Positions 1 through 7,332 of a stretch of 64,000 nucleotides of DNA are shown here, piece by piece; position 1 is the stretch's first letter; every line of letters starts with the position of its first letter. Both the position numbers and the translations under genes were made by a program. The DNA is from a virus. The stretch lies in the IMG/VR virus record IMGVR_UViG_3300036715_000153, positions 32,001 through 96,000 of that record, one strand, 5' to 3'. Under the pieces are notes generated by a model that saw only the letters and a program-made list of their open reading frames with translations, did not search any database and was not told where the DNA came from.

Positions 1-34
1 TAAAATATAATTATAACGTACATCTCAGTAGACA

Positions 35-607
35 TCAACCGTAATATCTAGCAATAGACTTTGGTGTTTCTGACCACTCAATACATGTAACCTTAACATG
101 ATTAAATTGACTCATCTTAGCAGCTACGATATCGTAAATCCATTTAGCAAGGTTCTCTGAAGTTGGAACGAAGTCTACGATAGTGAAACCTTCGAGCGTT
201 TCGTATTCTGACGTGTCTGCCGGAACGTGATCCATATTAACCGAATGCCCAACAACTTTACACATATCTACAAATATAGGTTCAAACTTAGGCTCTACGC
301 CACACGCTACTTCATATACGCCAGTGACAAGTTGATCGAACATCGGATCGTGTCTGGCAATAATAAACTTATGATCCACGATATCGTCGATAAAGTCTTT
401 TAACCATCCAATTTCTTTGAAGTCTACGACCATACCCCGACAGTCTACGTCATCTGACTCTAGATGAACTGTAATCTTACCCTCGTGACCGTGTAGATGT
501 CTACACTTCTGTTTCGTGTCGCCCTTGGCACAGAAGTCTGTATTTAACGACTGAGTGAACACCCTATGTCCGTAACAGGCGGAAAAATCCTTACTAATCT
601 TGTACAT
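35..607 (-). CDS. queD: 6-carboxy-5,6,7,8-tetrahydropterin synthase (QueD/PTPS family)
   Basis: FSACYGHR, CRHLHGH, GMVVDF, DHKF, PTSENLA and ETP motifs of QueD. Confidence 0.92.
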   Translation of the reverse strand: MYKISKDFSACYGHRVFTQSLNTDFCAKGDTKQKCRHLHGHEGKITVHLESDDVDCRGMVVDFKEIGWLKDFIDDIVDHKFIIARHDPMFDQLVTGVYEVACGVEPKFEPIFVDMCKVVGHSVNMDHVPADTSEYETLEGFTIVDFVPTSENLAKWIYDIVAAKMSQFNHVKVTCIEWSETPKSIARYYG

Positions 608-647
608 TTTTGCAATTCCTATATCGGTTTAAAATTTAACTAATCGA

Positions 648-1529
648 TCACGTATTCATGCCGTTTCCAAGCAAATGCGCGTGGAGTCGACCGCTTACGT
701 GATACCCATTATTTAGAGCCCGATAAACGATCCGTTTCGTTTCATCGGTTTCTTGACTTTCCTTAGTCGCCCCCATCGGCATCACAAACACCATATGATT
801 AGATAGTCCGCCGTATAGTTCCTCATACGTCTTAATTGCTGTATCGAGTTCTGCCCATGCTTTGTCGTTATTGTTCATAACGAACTTTAGATCGGCAGTG
901 TACCCTAGATGAAGTAGTTTGTGAATTACCTCGTAGTCTACTCCAGCCGGTTCCCCAGATACATATTTCAATTTAGGTGATATATTAAAGCAGACAGCGA
1001 TTCCGAATTCTTCGCTTATAAAGTTGACATACTTAACAAATTCTTCTTTAGGTGCAATGCTGCCGTTCGTCTCAATTTGAATAACCGTCGGAAAGTCCCC
1101 TCTGTCCAACATCACCGTGATCGTAGCCATAATAGACCTTTGTTGCATCATGGGTTCGCCGCCAGTAAAACACAAGTGCGGTGACTGCTGAGTGACTGGA
1201 TGTGGCTTGAAAGTCTTATTAGGCAGCAACGAATAGATCTTATCTGCTAACGTTTCTTCGGTGTAGTCTGTTGCAAGATGTTTATACTTAGCACTAACGC
1301 TGTAGTCGCTGTCGCATCCGTAATCTAGTACAGGTAAGTCTTCCATTTTACTGTACTGAGAAACATCGATATGGCGAATAACATACGTATCTGGTAATTC
1401 TGGGGACGCTTGCCCGAAACCCTTACATTGTTTGTTGCAGCCCATTACTCGGACCCAGACCGATGCAGTTCCGGTATATCTGCCTTCGCCTTGGAATGAA
1501 AAGAAAGTTTCACTTACACGTATCTTCAT
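648..1529 (-). CDS. queE: 7-carboxy-7-deazaguanine synthase, radical SAM
   Basis: SETFFSFQGEG, GCNKQC...CDS with long insertion, TGGEP, IETNG, SPKL, RLH; adjacent to queD. Confidence 0.92.
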   Translation of the reverse strand: MKIRVSETFFSFQGEGRYTGTASVWVRVMGCNKQCKGFGQASPELPDTYVIRHIDVSQYSKMEDLPVLDYGCDSDYSVSAKYKHLATDYTEETLADKIYSLLPNKTFKPHPVTQQSPHLCFTGGEPMMQQRSIMATITVMLDRGDFPTVIQIETNGSIAPKEEFVKYVNFISEEFGIAVCFNISPKLKYVSGEPAGVDYEVIHKLLHLGYTADLKFVMNNNDKAWAELDTAIKTYEELYGGLSNHMVFVMPMGATKESQETDETKRIVYRALNNGYHVSGRLHAHLLGNGMNT

Positions 1530-1585
1530 GTGACTGCCTTATTAATTAATTAAAATGGTATTGTAACATGTATTTTGGCATTAGT

Positions 1586-2026
1586 CTACACAGACCACGG
1601 AAACATAATCCAGTCTGCACAATTCTCCCTACGAACAAACTTCTTAAAGTAGTCTGGCATGTAAACATCAGAAGCAGTAGACTTATGAACTAGCGTTGCA
1701 AACTTTGTATCTTGTGGTAGCAACTCTGATAGTTCCCGTAGCGTGTGTCCGGAATCTGTTAGATCATCAACAACAAGCAATCCGCCTTCTGTGTATGAAG
1801 GAACGATGTTATCGTGATCCCGATTATCTCCATTCCCGCATTTTGCAGAGTATGAGATTAGTTCTAGTGGTAGACCTAGTTTTGCAGCGACGAGTGCTGC
1901 TGGGATCGTTCCACCAGATGCTACACCAATTACTTTAGAAAACGAACAACCGTCTTCCTTCGATAGAGCAACGATATGGTCAACACACGCTTCTACTTCC
2001 GCCCACGTCATATAAGTTTTTTTCAT
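1586..2026 (-). CDS. Type I phosphoribosyltransferase (xanthine-guanine PRTase-like)
   Basis: PRPP-binding loop LVVDDLTDSGHTL; C-terminal WIMFPW. Confidence 0.85.
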   Translation of the reverse strand: MKKTYMTWAEVEACVDHIVALSKEDGCSFSKVIGVASGGTIPAALVAAKLGLPLELISYSAKCGNGDNRDHDNIVPSYTEGGLLVVDDLTDSGHTLRELSELLPQDTKFATLVHKSTASDVYMPDYFKKFVRRENCADWIMFPWSV

Positions 2027-2889
2027 AGTTCATATACCTTATGTATCACATTTTTATAAATTTCATTGCCTTCGTTTTTGTAGCCAACTGCATTATTAAT
2101 CATCAAACATTGTTCAAAAAACTCTTCTCTCTGAAAATGAGAGTGACCGAAACACCAATGTGTTATGTTAGCGTTATCAAGTATAACATCACTTAGGTCG
2201 CTAGCGTAATAAGCATTCGCAGTATCTCCTTTATAGTAGGGATCGCCTACATGTTCAAGCGGAAGATGATGTGTAATAACAAATATCTTCTTGTCTTGAT
2301 TGTTACGTGCGACGTGGTCGATATACTGTCTGTGCTTCTTGTGAGTATCGCACCACTTATCAGCAGTAAACCTCTCAAAGAATTTACCTTGTATATCGTA
2401 TGCTATATTTCCATCCTGAAACATTACATTACGAAGGTCCATCTTAGCACTCGGGGAACCCTTAAACATGTCAGTCCATAGAGTACAACCAACAAAGATA
2501 TAATCCTCATGTTCCCATGTGGTCATATCTAATACTAGCACGTTATCGTAACCAAAGTCTTGAAGCATAGCATTACACTTGTCTGCTCCGTTCATAATGG
2601 TTATAGCTTGATTTGTGTTCCAGTAGCAATGATTTCCTAGTACCACAAGGACTTGCTTAAATCTTGGCGCAACTTTACCAATCCACGAATGACCAGCATA
2701 TTCAATCCATTTTGTATCAGTCCATAGATCACCTGCTAAAATTAAGATGGTGTCTTTATCGTCTGGTAAATCTTTTGGATACCAGAACGGATCGAAATCA
2801 TCTGGTTTAGTTGGATCGTATATACGAGTTTGATGCATCTCACGTGCATAGCCATCTAAGTGCAAATCGCTGTAGCATCTAACCTTCAT
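2023..2889 (-). CDS. Calcineurin-like metallophosphoesterase
   Basis: SDLHLD, AGDL, GNH, THH and GHSH motifs; start set at MKVRC (2889) because the longer ORF overlaps tRNA-Arg. Confidence 0.85.
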   Translation of the reverse strand: MKVRCYSDLHLDGYAREMHQTRIYDPTKPDDFDPFWYPKDLPDDKDTILILAGDLWTDTKWIEYAGHSWIGKVAPRFKQVLVVLGNHCYWNTNQAITIMNGADKCNAMLQDFGYDNVLVLDMTTWEHEDYIFVGCTLWTDMFKGSPSAKMDLRNVMFQDGNIAYDIQGKFFERFTADKWCDTHKKHRQYIDHVARNNQDKKIFVITHHLPLEHVGDPYYKGDTANAYYASDLSDVILDNANITHWCFGHSHFQREEFFEQCLMINNAVGYKNEGNEIYKNVIHKVYEL

Positions 2890-2916
2890 AATATACTTTC
2901 TGCCAATAATTAAATA

Positions 2917-2992
2917 TGGACCCGAAGACAGGACTCGAACCTGCATAATGCCTGAGTAGAATTCAGGTGCCTTTCCATTAGGCTACCTCGGG
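2917..2992 (-). tRNA. tRNA-Arg(UCU)
   Basis: CCCGAGG/CTTCGGG acceptor, CCTGA-ATTCTAC-TCAGG anticodon arm, TTCGAGT T-loop, encoded CCA. Confidence 0.88.
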
Positions 2993-3001
2993 GTGTTGTA
3001 G

Positions 3002-3090
3002 TGGTAGTCCAGACAGGATTCGAACCTGCAACGATCTTTCGATAATGAATTATGAGTTCACTGCCTCCGAACCAATAGGGCTTCTGGACT
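3002..3090 (-). tRNA. tRNA with CAU anticodon (Met or Ile2) and long variable arm
   Basis: AGTCCAG/CTGGACT acceptor, GTGAA-CTCATAA-TTCAT anticodon arm, 15-nt variable region, TTCGAAT, CCA. Confidence 0.85.
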
Positions 3091-3199
3091 AATGTTCTGT
3101 TTTACTTACTTTAAAAAGTGTCAAGGTTAATGTTTGTGTATATTACAAATACAAATACAAGACCAATAAGTGCACCTACTACATATTCCATAAATTCGT

Positions 3200-3556
3200 T
3201 CATTTTAGTTCCTCAAATTTTGATGATACTTGATATGTCTTAAGAAACTGTTCTAATGTTGTATATTTCCATTTAGAACTACCAACAGCCCAATGAAATG
3301 GACTAGACTTAAAGATTTCATCTATATCTGTAGACCTGCCAATTGACCAACCTGTCCCGGTTTGCATAGGTTTATCTGTCTTATAATTTCCACTAAAATT
3401 AACACAACCTAAATCATATCCAAATGATATGACCTTAGCTCCTACATCATCGGTGAATATTCCATATGTACCTGACCCAGAGATAAATACACGATAACCT
3501 TTTGCCTTTATGTCGGCGGCTACTTCTGCAATGAATTTCTGTGTCGTGGTGGCCAT
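3200..3556 (-). CDS. Hypothetical protein
   Basis: ORF with GGAG Shine-Dalgarno, co-oriented with neighbours. Confidence 0.65.
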   Translation of the reverse strand: MATTTQKFIAEVAADIKAKGYRVFISGSGTYGIFTDDVGAKVISFGYDLGCVNFSGNYKTDKPMQTGTGWSIGRSTDIDEIFKSSPFHWAVGSSKWKYTTLEQFLKTYQVSSKFEELK

Positions 3557-3566
3557 CCTATTCTCC

Positions 3567-4010
3567 TTAATGTAATATTCGGGTATTGGGGATGGGAGTT
3601 GAATCGAAATCCTCTACCTCTACCTCGTCTTCTTCAGACTCATCCATATATTCACGTAGGTCTATATCGTCGATAACTTTATCGGTTTCGCCATCTACTA
3701 CAGACACGATAGCACTGAATTTAGAAAACATGATAGAGAGAGCTTCGAATCCACGTTGTATAGCTTCATCGACTGTCAGCGTATTAATTTCTGTCACGAT
3801 AGTAATACCTCTCGTACCTCGTGCCGATTCATCACTCTCATCGAGAAAATATGTCATCGTAACATTGTACCACGTATTACCATCGCTAGTATATTTAAAA
3901 ATGTCCATCGCAACATTGTCTACAGTTGTGAACGTCCAGTTAGGTATGAATTTCTTAGTTTTCTTAGTTGTCATCTTCGTGGTCGTCTTCTTCGTAGTCG
4001 TCTTCTTCAT
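3567..4010 (-). CDS. Hypothetical protein (basic N-terminus, acidic C-terminus)
   Basis: ORF track; co-oriented. Confidence 0.6.
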   Translation of the reverse strand: MKKTTTKKTTTKMTTKKTKKFIPNWTFTTVDNVAMDIFKYTSDGNTWYNVTMTYFLDESDESARGTRGITIVTEINTLTVDEAIQRGFEALSIMFSKFSAIVSVVDGETDKVIDDIDLREYMDESEEDEVEVEDFDSTPIPNTRILH

Positions 4011-4398
4011 AACAAGTTGATATTGTAATATCTAAATCATTACTTGTAAAGGTGTAAACTCCACCCACATACGTAACTGTAATAGGAGAGTCGGAATGTA
4101 CAGTCGTTCCAAGGTAAAACAGGTCACATTTAGACCCACCGAACAAGCCTTCTGGGATTATTCCGATACATCCCGAGTCTACAAAATATTTGAAGCCGTT
4201 AGATCCTGGATAAGAACCATCGCCGCATTCTGTTGAATGAATCCACATCTTGAGATTGTTAAGTTCCAACTCCCCTTCAACACATGCAGAATCTGTATCT
4301 GGGTCCATTAAGTCACAAACTTTGTCCCAGGTATCATGCATAATGTAACATGGGTCGCCTATCCAATATGTGCCTGAAGGTAATGTTGTTCTGTTCAT
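3964..4398 (-). CDS. Hypothetical phage protein (YWIGDPCY motif)
   Basis: AGGAG SD before MNRTTLP; lies directly downstream of a sigma70 promoter. Confidence 0.7.
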   Translation of the reverse strand: MNRTTLPSGTYWIGDPCYIMHDTWDKVCDLMDPDTDSACVEGELELNNLKMWIHSTECGDGSYPGSNGFKYFVDSGCIGIIPEGLFGGSKCDLFYLGTTVHSDSPITVTYVGGVYTFTSNDLDITISTCYEEDDYEEDDHEDDN

Positions 4399-4434
4399 TT
4401 TGTATTCTCCTGTTTCGTTTAAGTTCATGTAGTG

Positions 4435-4462
4435 ATTATACAGTCTTATACGAATAAATCAA
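4435..4462 (-). promoter_or_regulatory. sigma70-type early promoter
   Basis: TTGATT-N16-TATAAT; context near-identical to the promoter at 7168-7195; IHF-consensus box upstream at 4492-4504. Confidence 0.75.
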
Positions 4463-4515
4463 CCTTTATTTGCAACTATTTGGAGTGGTTGTAAGTTGTT
4501 GATTATTAAAGTCGT

Positions 4516-4539
4516 AAAAAATCCCCATTTCTGGGGATT
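4516..4539 (-). terminator. Rho-independent terminator downstream of tmRNA
   Basis: AATCCCCA-GAAA-TGGGGATT followed by U-tract. Confidence 0.8.
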
Positions 4540-4970
4540 AGTGATTAGATTGGGTAATAAGGTTCTAATCGACCCCAAGCAGTTATTACGCTGCTAGTGC
4601 GTATGCGCCCATTGAGTCATTTGCGTTTAACAAATTGCTTGATTTACTGTCATCGCCTACAGTGTTGCATTCTTCGTTATCTCACGTCAGTCGATTCCAA
4701 TTCATCCCCATTATTAAGTATACTCGAAATCGCAACTCCCTGAGCCGTTTGCGTCTGGAATATACTTAATGGTGGAGATGGAGGCATCGAAGCCTCGTCC
4801 TGCATGCCTTCACTAAAAATGACGAGTCAAAGTCACAAGGACGAATGACTCGTGGGTACAACAATTCTGTCTACCATTAAGTCCTTACGAACCGACCGAG
4901 AAACCTCGATCCAGTATTGCTACAGGTCGTAGACACCTTTGATACCCGAGACTTCGGTCTCTGTTGCTTT
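4540..4970 (-). ncRNA. ssrA: Circularly permuted (two-piece) tmRNA; outer boundaries approximate
   Basis: Acceptor 3' end GGCTTCGATGCCTCCATCTCCACCA (ends 4770) lies upstream of the 5' end GGGGATG (4709). The stem GGGGATG/CATCTCC has G3.U70. Tag frame 4624-4586 reads ANDSMGAYALAA*. Confidence 0.92.
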
Positions 4971-5040
4971 CTTAATTTAGTTGAATCACTGTTGAATCTT
5001 GTTCGTTACCCCAGCGGATGCGAGTTGTTTCCATATCAAT

Positions 5041-5388
5041 TTAACGACCATGTGAATTTAGATCGGTAGCCGATATGACATCGATCTTATATATTTTACC
5101 TGTATCTTTTTCCATTGCTGCCTTTACATCCTTTTGCCATGAAAATAATTTCTCGTGCATAAGACTAGAGCATCCTTCCCAATCCTTGATACACGTATAA
5201 ACAGAGCCAGAATGATTGGTGATGATATATCTGTCGGTCTCTTCTGTATATGACATTATACCTGAACTGAGTCTCCACGAGTCTCCACTCAAATATCCGC
5301 CATAATAGCCTGAAAGAATTTTATCGGTGACTTCACCGTTATAATTCATTCGAACTATGACCCATCGATCTGGTTGGTAATCGTTCAT
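5041..5388 (-). CDS. Conserved-type phage hypothetical protein
   Basis: YQPDRWV...GGYLSGDSWRLSSGI motif typical of large myophage ORFs. Confidence 0.7.
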   Translation of the reverse strand: MNDYQPDRWVIVRMNYNGEVTDKILSGYYGGYLSGDSWRLSSGIMSYTEETDRYIITNHSGSVYTCIKDWEGCSSLMHEKLFSWQKDVKAAMEKDTGKIYKIDVISATDLNSHGR

Positions 5389-5403
5389 ATTAACGCTTTC
5401 ATA

Positions 5404-5670
5404 TTACTGTAACAACGGGCGACAATCTTTATCGAATTGTTCTTTTGTCATGACGAAATATTTAAGTTCCTTTACAATCTCTATCGGCAATTTGAATTCT
5501 TCATCTGTAGCAATCTCCGTATAGAATTTCGATATGTCGTTTTCTGTCGGGTGTGACTCTGTTCCGATGAAATGGTAAAAAGTTCTAGTCGATTCTTTAT
5601 CAATGAAAAAAGCGACATAATATAAAAACCCATTCAATTGGTTTAATCGATCTGGTTGATATTCATTCAT
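5404..5670 (-). CDS. Hypothetical protein
   Basis: ORF with SD; N-terminus resembles that of the downstream ORF. Confidence 0.55.
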   Translation of the reverse strand: MNEYQPDRLNQLNGFLYYVAFFIDKESTRTFYHFIGTESHPTENDISKFYTEIATDEEFKLPIEIVKELKYFVMTKEQFDKDCRPLLQ

Positions 5671-5684
5671 AAAAGTCCTTTTAA

Positions 5685-5719
5685 ACGGTGCATCAGTCTT
5701 TAGCTGTTACGCAGTCGAC
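5685..5719 (+). mobile_element. Degenerate solo IS605 end-hairpin element
   Basis: ggtgcat..cagtctttagctgttacgcagtcgac matches a left-end/right-end fusion of the IS at 45942-47482. Confidence 0.7.
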
Positions 5720-5874
5720 ATCATCTACAACGTATATTAGGCCGTGTATATCAATGTGGTTCATGGTCTCAGTCTACTCATAATCTGGTCTTCAGCGCTT
5801 GATTCTCTCGGTATTTAAAAGATGGGAATGAATCTTCTAGTATTCTTCAAATACTTCGATAGACACTTTACTCA

Positions 5875-6156
5875 TTATTTAACTTCCAAACACATACAAA
5901 AGTCACCATATCCACATGCCATATCAGTTCTACCAAAGAACTGCGAATAACCAGAATACCTTATAAATTCCATTATCTGAAAATATTCTCCTTGTTTAAT
6001 AGGATGTAAACATACTCTATCATATATTCTACAAATAATAACTGCAGTTCCTCCATGTGAAGCTACTGGACAAGTAGATGCATTGGCATAACTATTTGAT
6101 GCATTAGTGATTCCTGATATAGTTAGTAAAATTAAAATTAAAGTCATTTTATACAT
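5875..6156 (-). CDS. Hypothetical protein with signal-peptide-like N-terminus
   Basis: Hydrophobic N-terminus, several cysteines, AGGAG SD. Confidence 0.55.
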   Translation of the reverse strand: MYKMTLILILLTISGITNASNSYANASTCPVASHGGTAVIICRIYDRVCLHPIKQGEYFQIMEFIRYSGYSQFFGRTDMACGYGDFCMCLEVK

Positions 6157-6291
6157 TTCATTTACTCCTTACGTTGTAGTCATGTTTAATATAGCCACCG
6201 ATGCAGACCCAGTATAGACTCTTCGAGGGACATGCTAGGTATATCCGATGCCGAGTCGATCGGACAGCTTCTCCTCGGCTCTAGTTAAAAC

Positions 6292-6383
6292 TGGTGGGCA
6301 AGGTTGGAGTCGCACCAACACTTTGTCTAGCAAACTACAGATTTACAGTCTGTGGCGACTTAGCTGATATTCACCTCGTACAC
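6292..6383 (-). tRNA. tRNA-Tyr(GUA), degenerate acceptor stem
   Basis: ACAGA-CTGTAAA-TCTGT anticodon arm, long variable arm, GTTGG/CCAAC T-stem, CCA; two acceptor mismatches; T-loop TGCGACT. Confidence 0.65.
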
Positions 6384-6401
6384 GTTCTTCTTGCAAGAAA
6401 T

Positions 6402-6465
6402 TGGCGGCTCCTGCCCCGCTCTATGTGGTTATGAGCCACATGTGCATCTTATACACTACCTCGCA
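6402..6465 (-). pseudogene. Chimeric or truncated tRNA-Met(CAU) remnant
   Basis: 5' half intact (D-arm, TGTGG-CTCATAA-CCACA); T-arm missing; non-matching 3' end AGGAGCCGCCA. Confidence 0.65.
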
Positions 6466-6475
6466 ATTGTAAAAC

Positions 6476-6550
6476 TGGTCTCTCCTGTCAGAATCGGACT
6501 GACGATTTCTGCGTCCCAAACACAGCGACTTACCACTAGCCTAAAGAGAG
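6476..6550 (-). tRNA. tRNA-Pro(UGG)
   Basis: CTCTCTT/AGGAGAG acceptor, CTGTG-TTTGGGA-CGCAG anticodon arm, CCA. Confidence 0.88.
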
Positions 6551-6559
6551 ATAAAACTT

Positions 6560-6634
6560 AAATCAACTATCTGGAATCGAACCAGTCTCGCACTAATAAG
6601 TTAGCCGCTCTGCCGATGAGCTATTAGTTGATTT
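6560..6634 (-). ncRNA. tRNA-like RNA with shortened anticodon loop and no CCA
   Basis: GCTC/GAGC D-arm, CTGG-TTCGATT-CCAG T-arm, GCTAA-CTTA-TTAGT arm, 10-bp terminal stem. Confidence 0.6.
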
Positions 6635-6641
6635 ATAAAAA

Positions 6642-6717
6642 TGGCTCCCCAGCGTGGGCTCGAACCACGGACCTAACGATTAACAGTCGTTTGCTCTACC
6701 TACTGAGCTACTGAGGA
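6642..6717 (-). tRNA. tRNA-Asn(GUU)
   Basis: Canonical cloverleaf, AACGA-CTGTTAA-TCGTT anticodon arm, CCA. Confidence 0.95.
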
Positions 6718-6828
6718 ATTGTTTAATTTGTATGGCAGACACACGAACACTGTGTCCCTTAAACGCTATTATGATACAAAACTTGGTTTGACCTGTTGGC
6801 GTATCTGCTAACCAAAAGTCGAAATATC

Positions 6829-6915
6829 TGGTGCGAGAGACGGGGGTCGAACCCGTATGTCTTTACGGACGAGAGATTTTAAGTCTCTTGAGTATACCAA
6901 TTTCTCCACTCTCGC
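6829..6915 (-). tRNA. tRNA-Leu(UAA)
   Basis: GCGAGAG/CTCTCGC acceptor, AGAGA-CTTAAAA-TCTCT anticodon arm, long variable arm, CCA. Confidence 0.93.
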
Positions 6916-6943
6916 GTGTAATTAACTTTACATGTTGCCGAAT

Positions 6944-7056
6944 TGTTTAGTAAAACAGTATTATCGCCCTGATTCGAACAGGAAAGTCGATTAATCAACT
7001 GCGGTCCACGCTAGGAGAAGGCCTTCCCCTTTGCGATAACACTGTTTTACTAAACA
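6944..7056 (-). ncRNA. tRNA-like structured RNA with ~24-bp terminal stem
   Basis: Long terminal stem with a G.U pair on the minus strand; encloses hairpins and a CCTG-TTCGAAT-CAGG T-arm. Confidence 0.65.
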
Positions 7057-7167
7057 CCCTCTCTCGAAGATGTAAGACTTAAATTATCAAAGAACGTTTA
7101 CTGTATCCCATTAACTGAGAATTCGACTTAATAGTTTAAAAGTCTGTGTTGCTCAGTTCATGTAGTG

Positions 7168-7195
7168 ATTATACAGTCTTTTAGGAAATAGTCAA
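7168..7195 (-). promoter_or_regulatory. sigma70-type promoter of the tRNA cluster
   Basis: TTGACT-N16-TATAAT; IHF-like box at 7216-7228. Confidence 0.78.
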
Positions 7196-7245
7196 CCTAA
7201 TTAGCAACTTTCTTGTAAGTCAATGATTCATTTAGATCGCTTAAG

Positions 7246-7275
7246 AAAAAGCCCCGTGTATCGCTACGCAGGGCC
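7246..7275 (-). terminator. Terminator after gp46
   Basis: GC-rich hairpin followed by U-tract on the minus strand. Confidence 0.65.
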
Positions 7276-7332
7276 CAAGATATCGCGCATATTCATTTCT
7301 TCACAAAATGAATAATCTGGAAAAATATACGT

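Noticed and set aside
2890-2946. N-terminal extension of the phosphoesterase ORF
   Set aside because: It overlaps tRNA-Arg; family motifs begin at MKVRCYSDLH.
2917-2992. Possible amber suppressor tRNA (CTA within the anticodon loop) and stop-codon recoding
   Set aside because: The 5-bp stem centres TCT in the 7-nt loop, so it is Arg. Core genes are full length in the standard code and TAG ends real genes such as uvsW and uvsY.
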